In this document: piece by piece, positions 33,330 to 33,430 of the stretch
Layout of the letters: each line of letters starts with the position of its first letter
How positions within the stretch are numbered: the first letter of the stretch is position 1
Assembly: GCA_050743905.1 (NCBI GenBank)
Contig: JBOGGH010000001.1
Coordinates: forward strand, 1-33,430
Source of the DNA: Acidimicrobiales bacterium
Lineage (GTDB): Bacteria > Actinomycetota > Acidimicrobiia > Acidimicrobiales > RAAP-2
Direction: 5' to 3'
DNA: 33,430 nucleotides
The notes under the pieces: generated by a model
What the model saw: only the letters and a program-made list of their open reading frames with translations
Database searches by the model: none
Told to the model about the DNA's origin: nothing
Position numbers and translations under genes: made by a program

Positions 33330-33356
33330 GACCTTCGGGTCCAGAACCCGAAGGTC
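33330..33356. terminator. perfect 11-bp stem-loop, possible terminator
   Basis: GACCTTCGGGT (33330-33340), loop CCAGA, ACCCGAAGGTC (33346-33356), ~95 nt after the stop at 33235. No U-tract. Confidence 0.35.
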
Positions 33357-33430
33357 AGGTGCTCATAGCCTCTACGCGGCGGTTTCTGGGGCCTTCGACC
33401 ATGGGACGCCGACATTGAGTAGTGCAGCGC

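Overview
The window is high-G+C, Actinomycetota-like DNA organised as a mobilisable accessory or defence island. All calls rest on reading the six-frame track and the raw sequence; no searches were run.

Left part (1-11.3 kb):
- A SIR2-like gene and a TIR-domain gene converge on a shared hairpin.
- A mobilisation module follows: an IncP-like oriT candidate, mobC and a MobA/VirD2-type relaxase.
- A solitary OLD-family ATPase-Toprim nuclease comes next.
- A small toxin-antitoxin-like pair and two XRE regulators, with paired operators, complete this part.

Centre (11.7-21.8 kb, minus strand): one long, translationally coupled operon.
- It encodes a complete GTP-to-preQ0 pathway (folE2, queD, queE, queC) and a DpdA-type DNA transglycosylase.
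- dpdA is flanked by two paralogous DGQQR (DpdB/DndB-like) proteins.
- The operon also holds a DUF6884-like protein, an unassigned 226-aa protein, and a third DGQHR protein coupled to an HNH nuclease.
- This looks like an atypical Dpd-type 7-deazaguanine DNA-modification system with no recognisable DpdC-K genes.

Divergent from it (22.3-28.5 kb, plus strand) lies what I consider the most novel candidate, a four-gene operon:
- a DndB-like DGQHR protein;
- a ComEC-type metallo-beta-lactamase;
- one 864-aa polypeptide fusing E2-like, E1/ThiF-like and JAB/JAMM domains;
- a patatin phospholipase.
No cyclase and no ubiquitin-like gene accompanies it.

Right end (29.2-33.2 kb): a tight five-gene plus-strand cluster containing GIY-YIG-like and PD-(D/E)XK-like proteins, a caspase-like protease and an HExxH metallopeptidase-like protein.

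Start codons are inferred from RBS position and gene overlaps and are less certain than reading frames.
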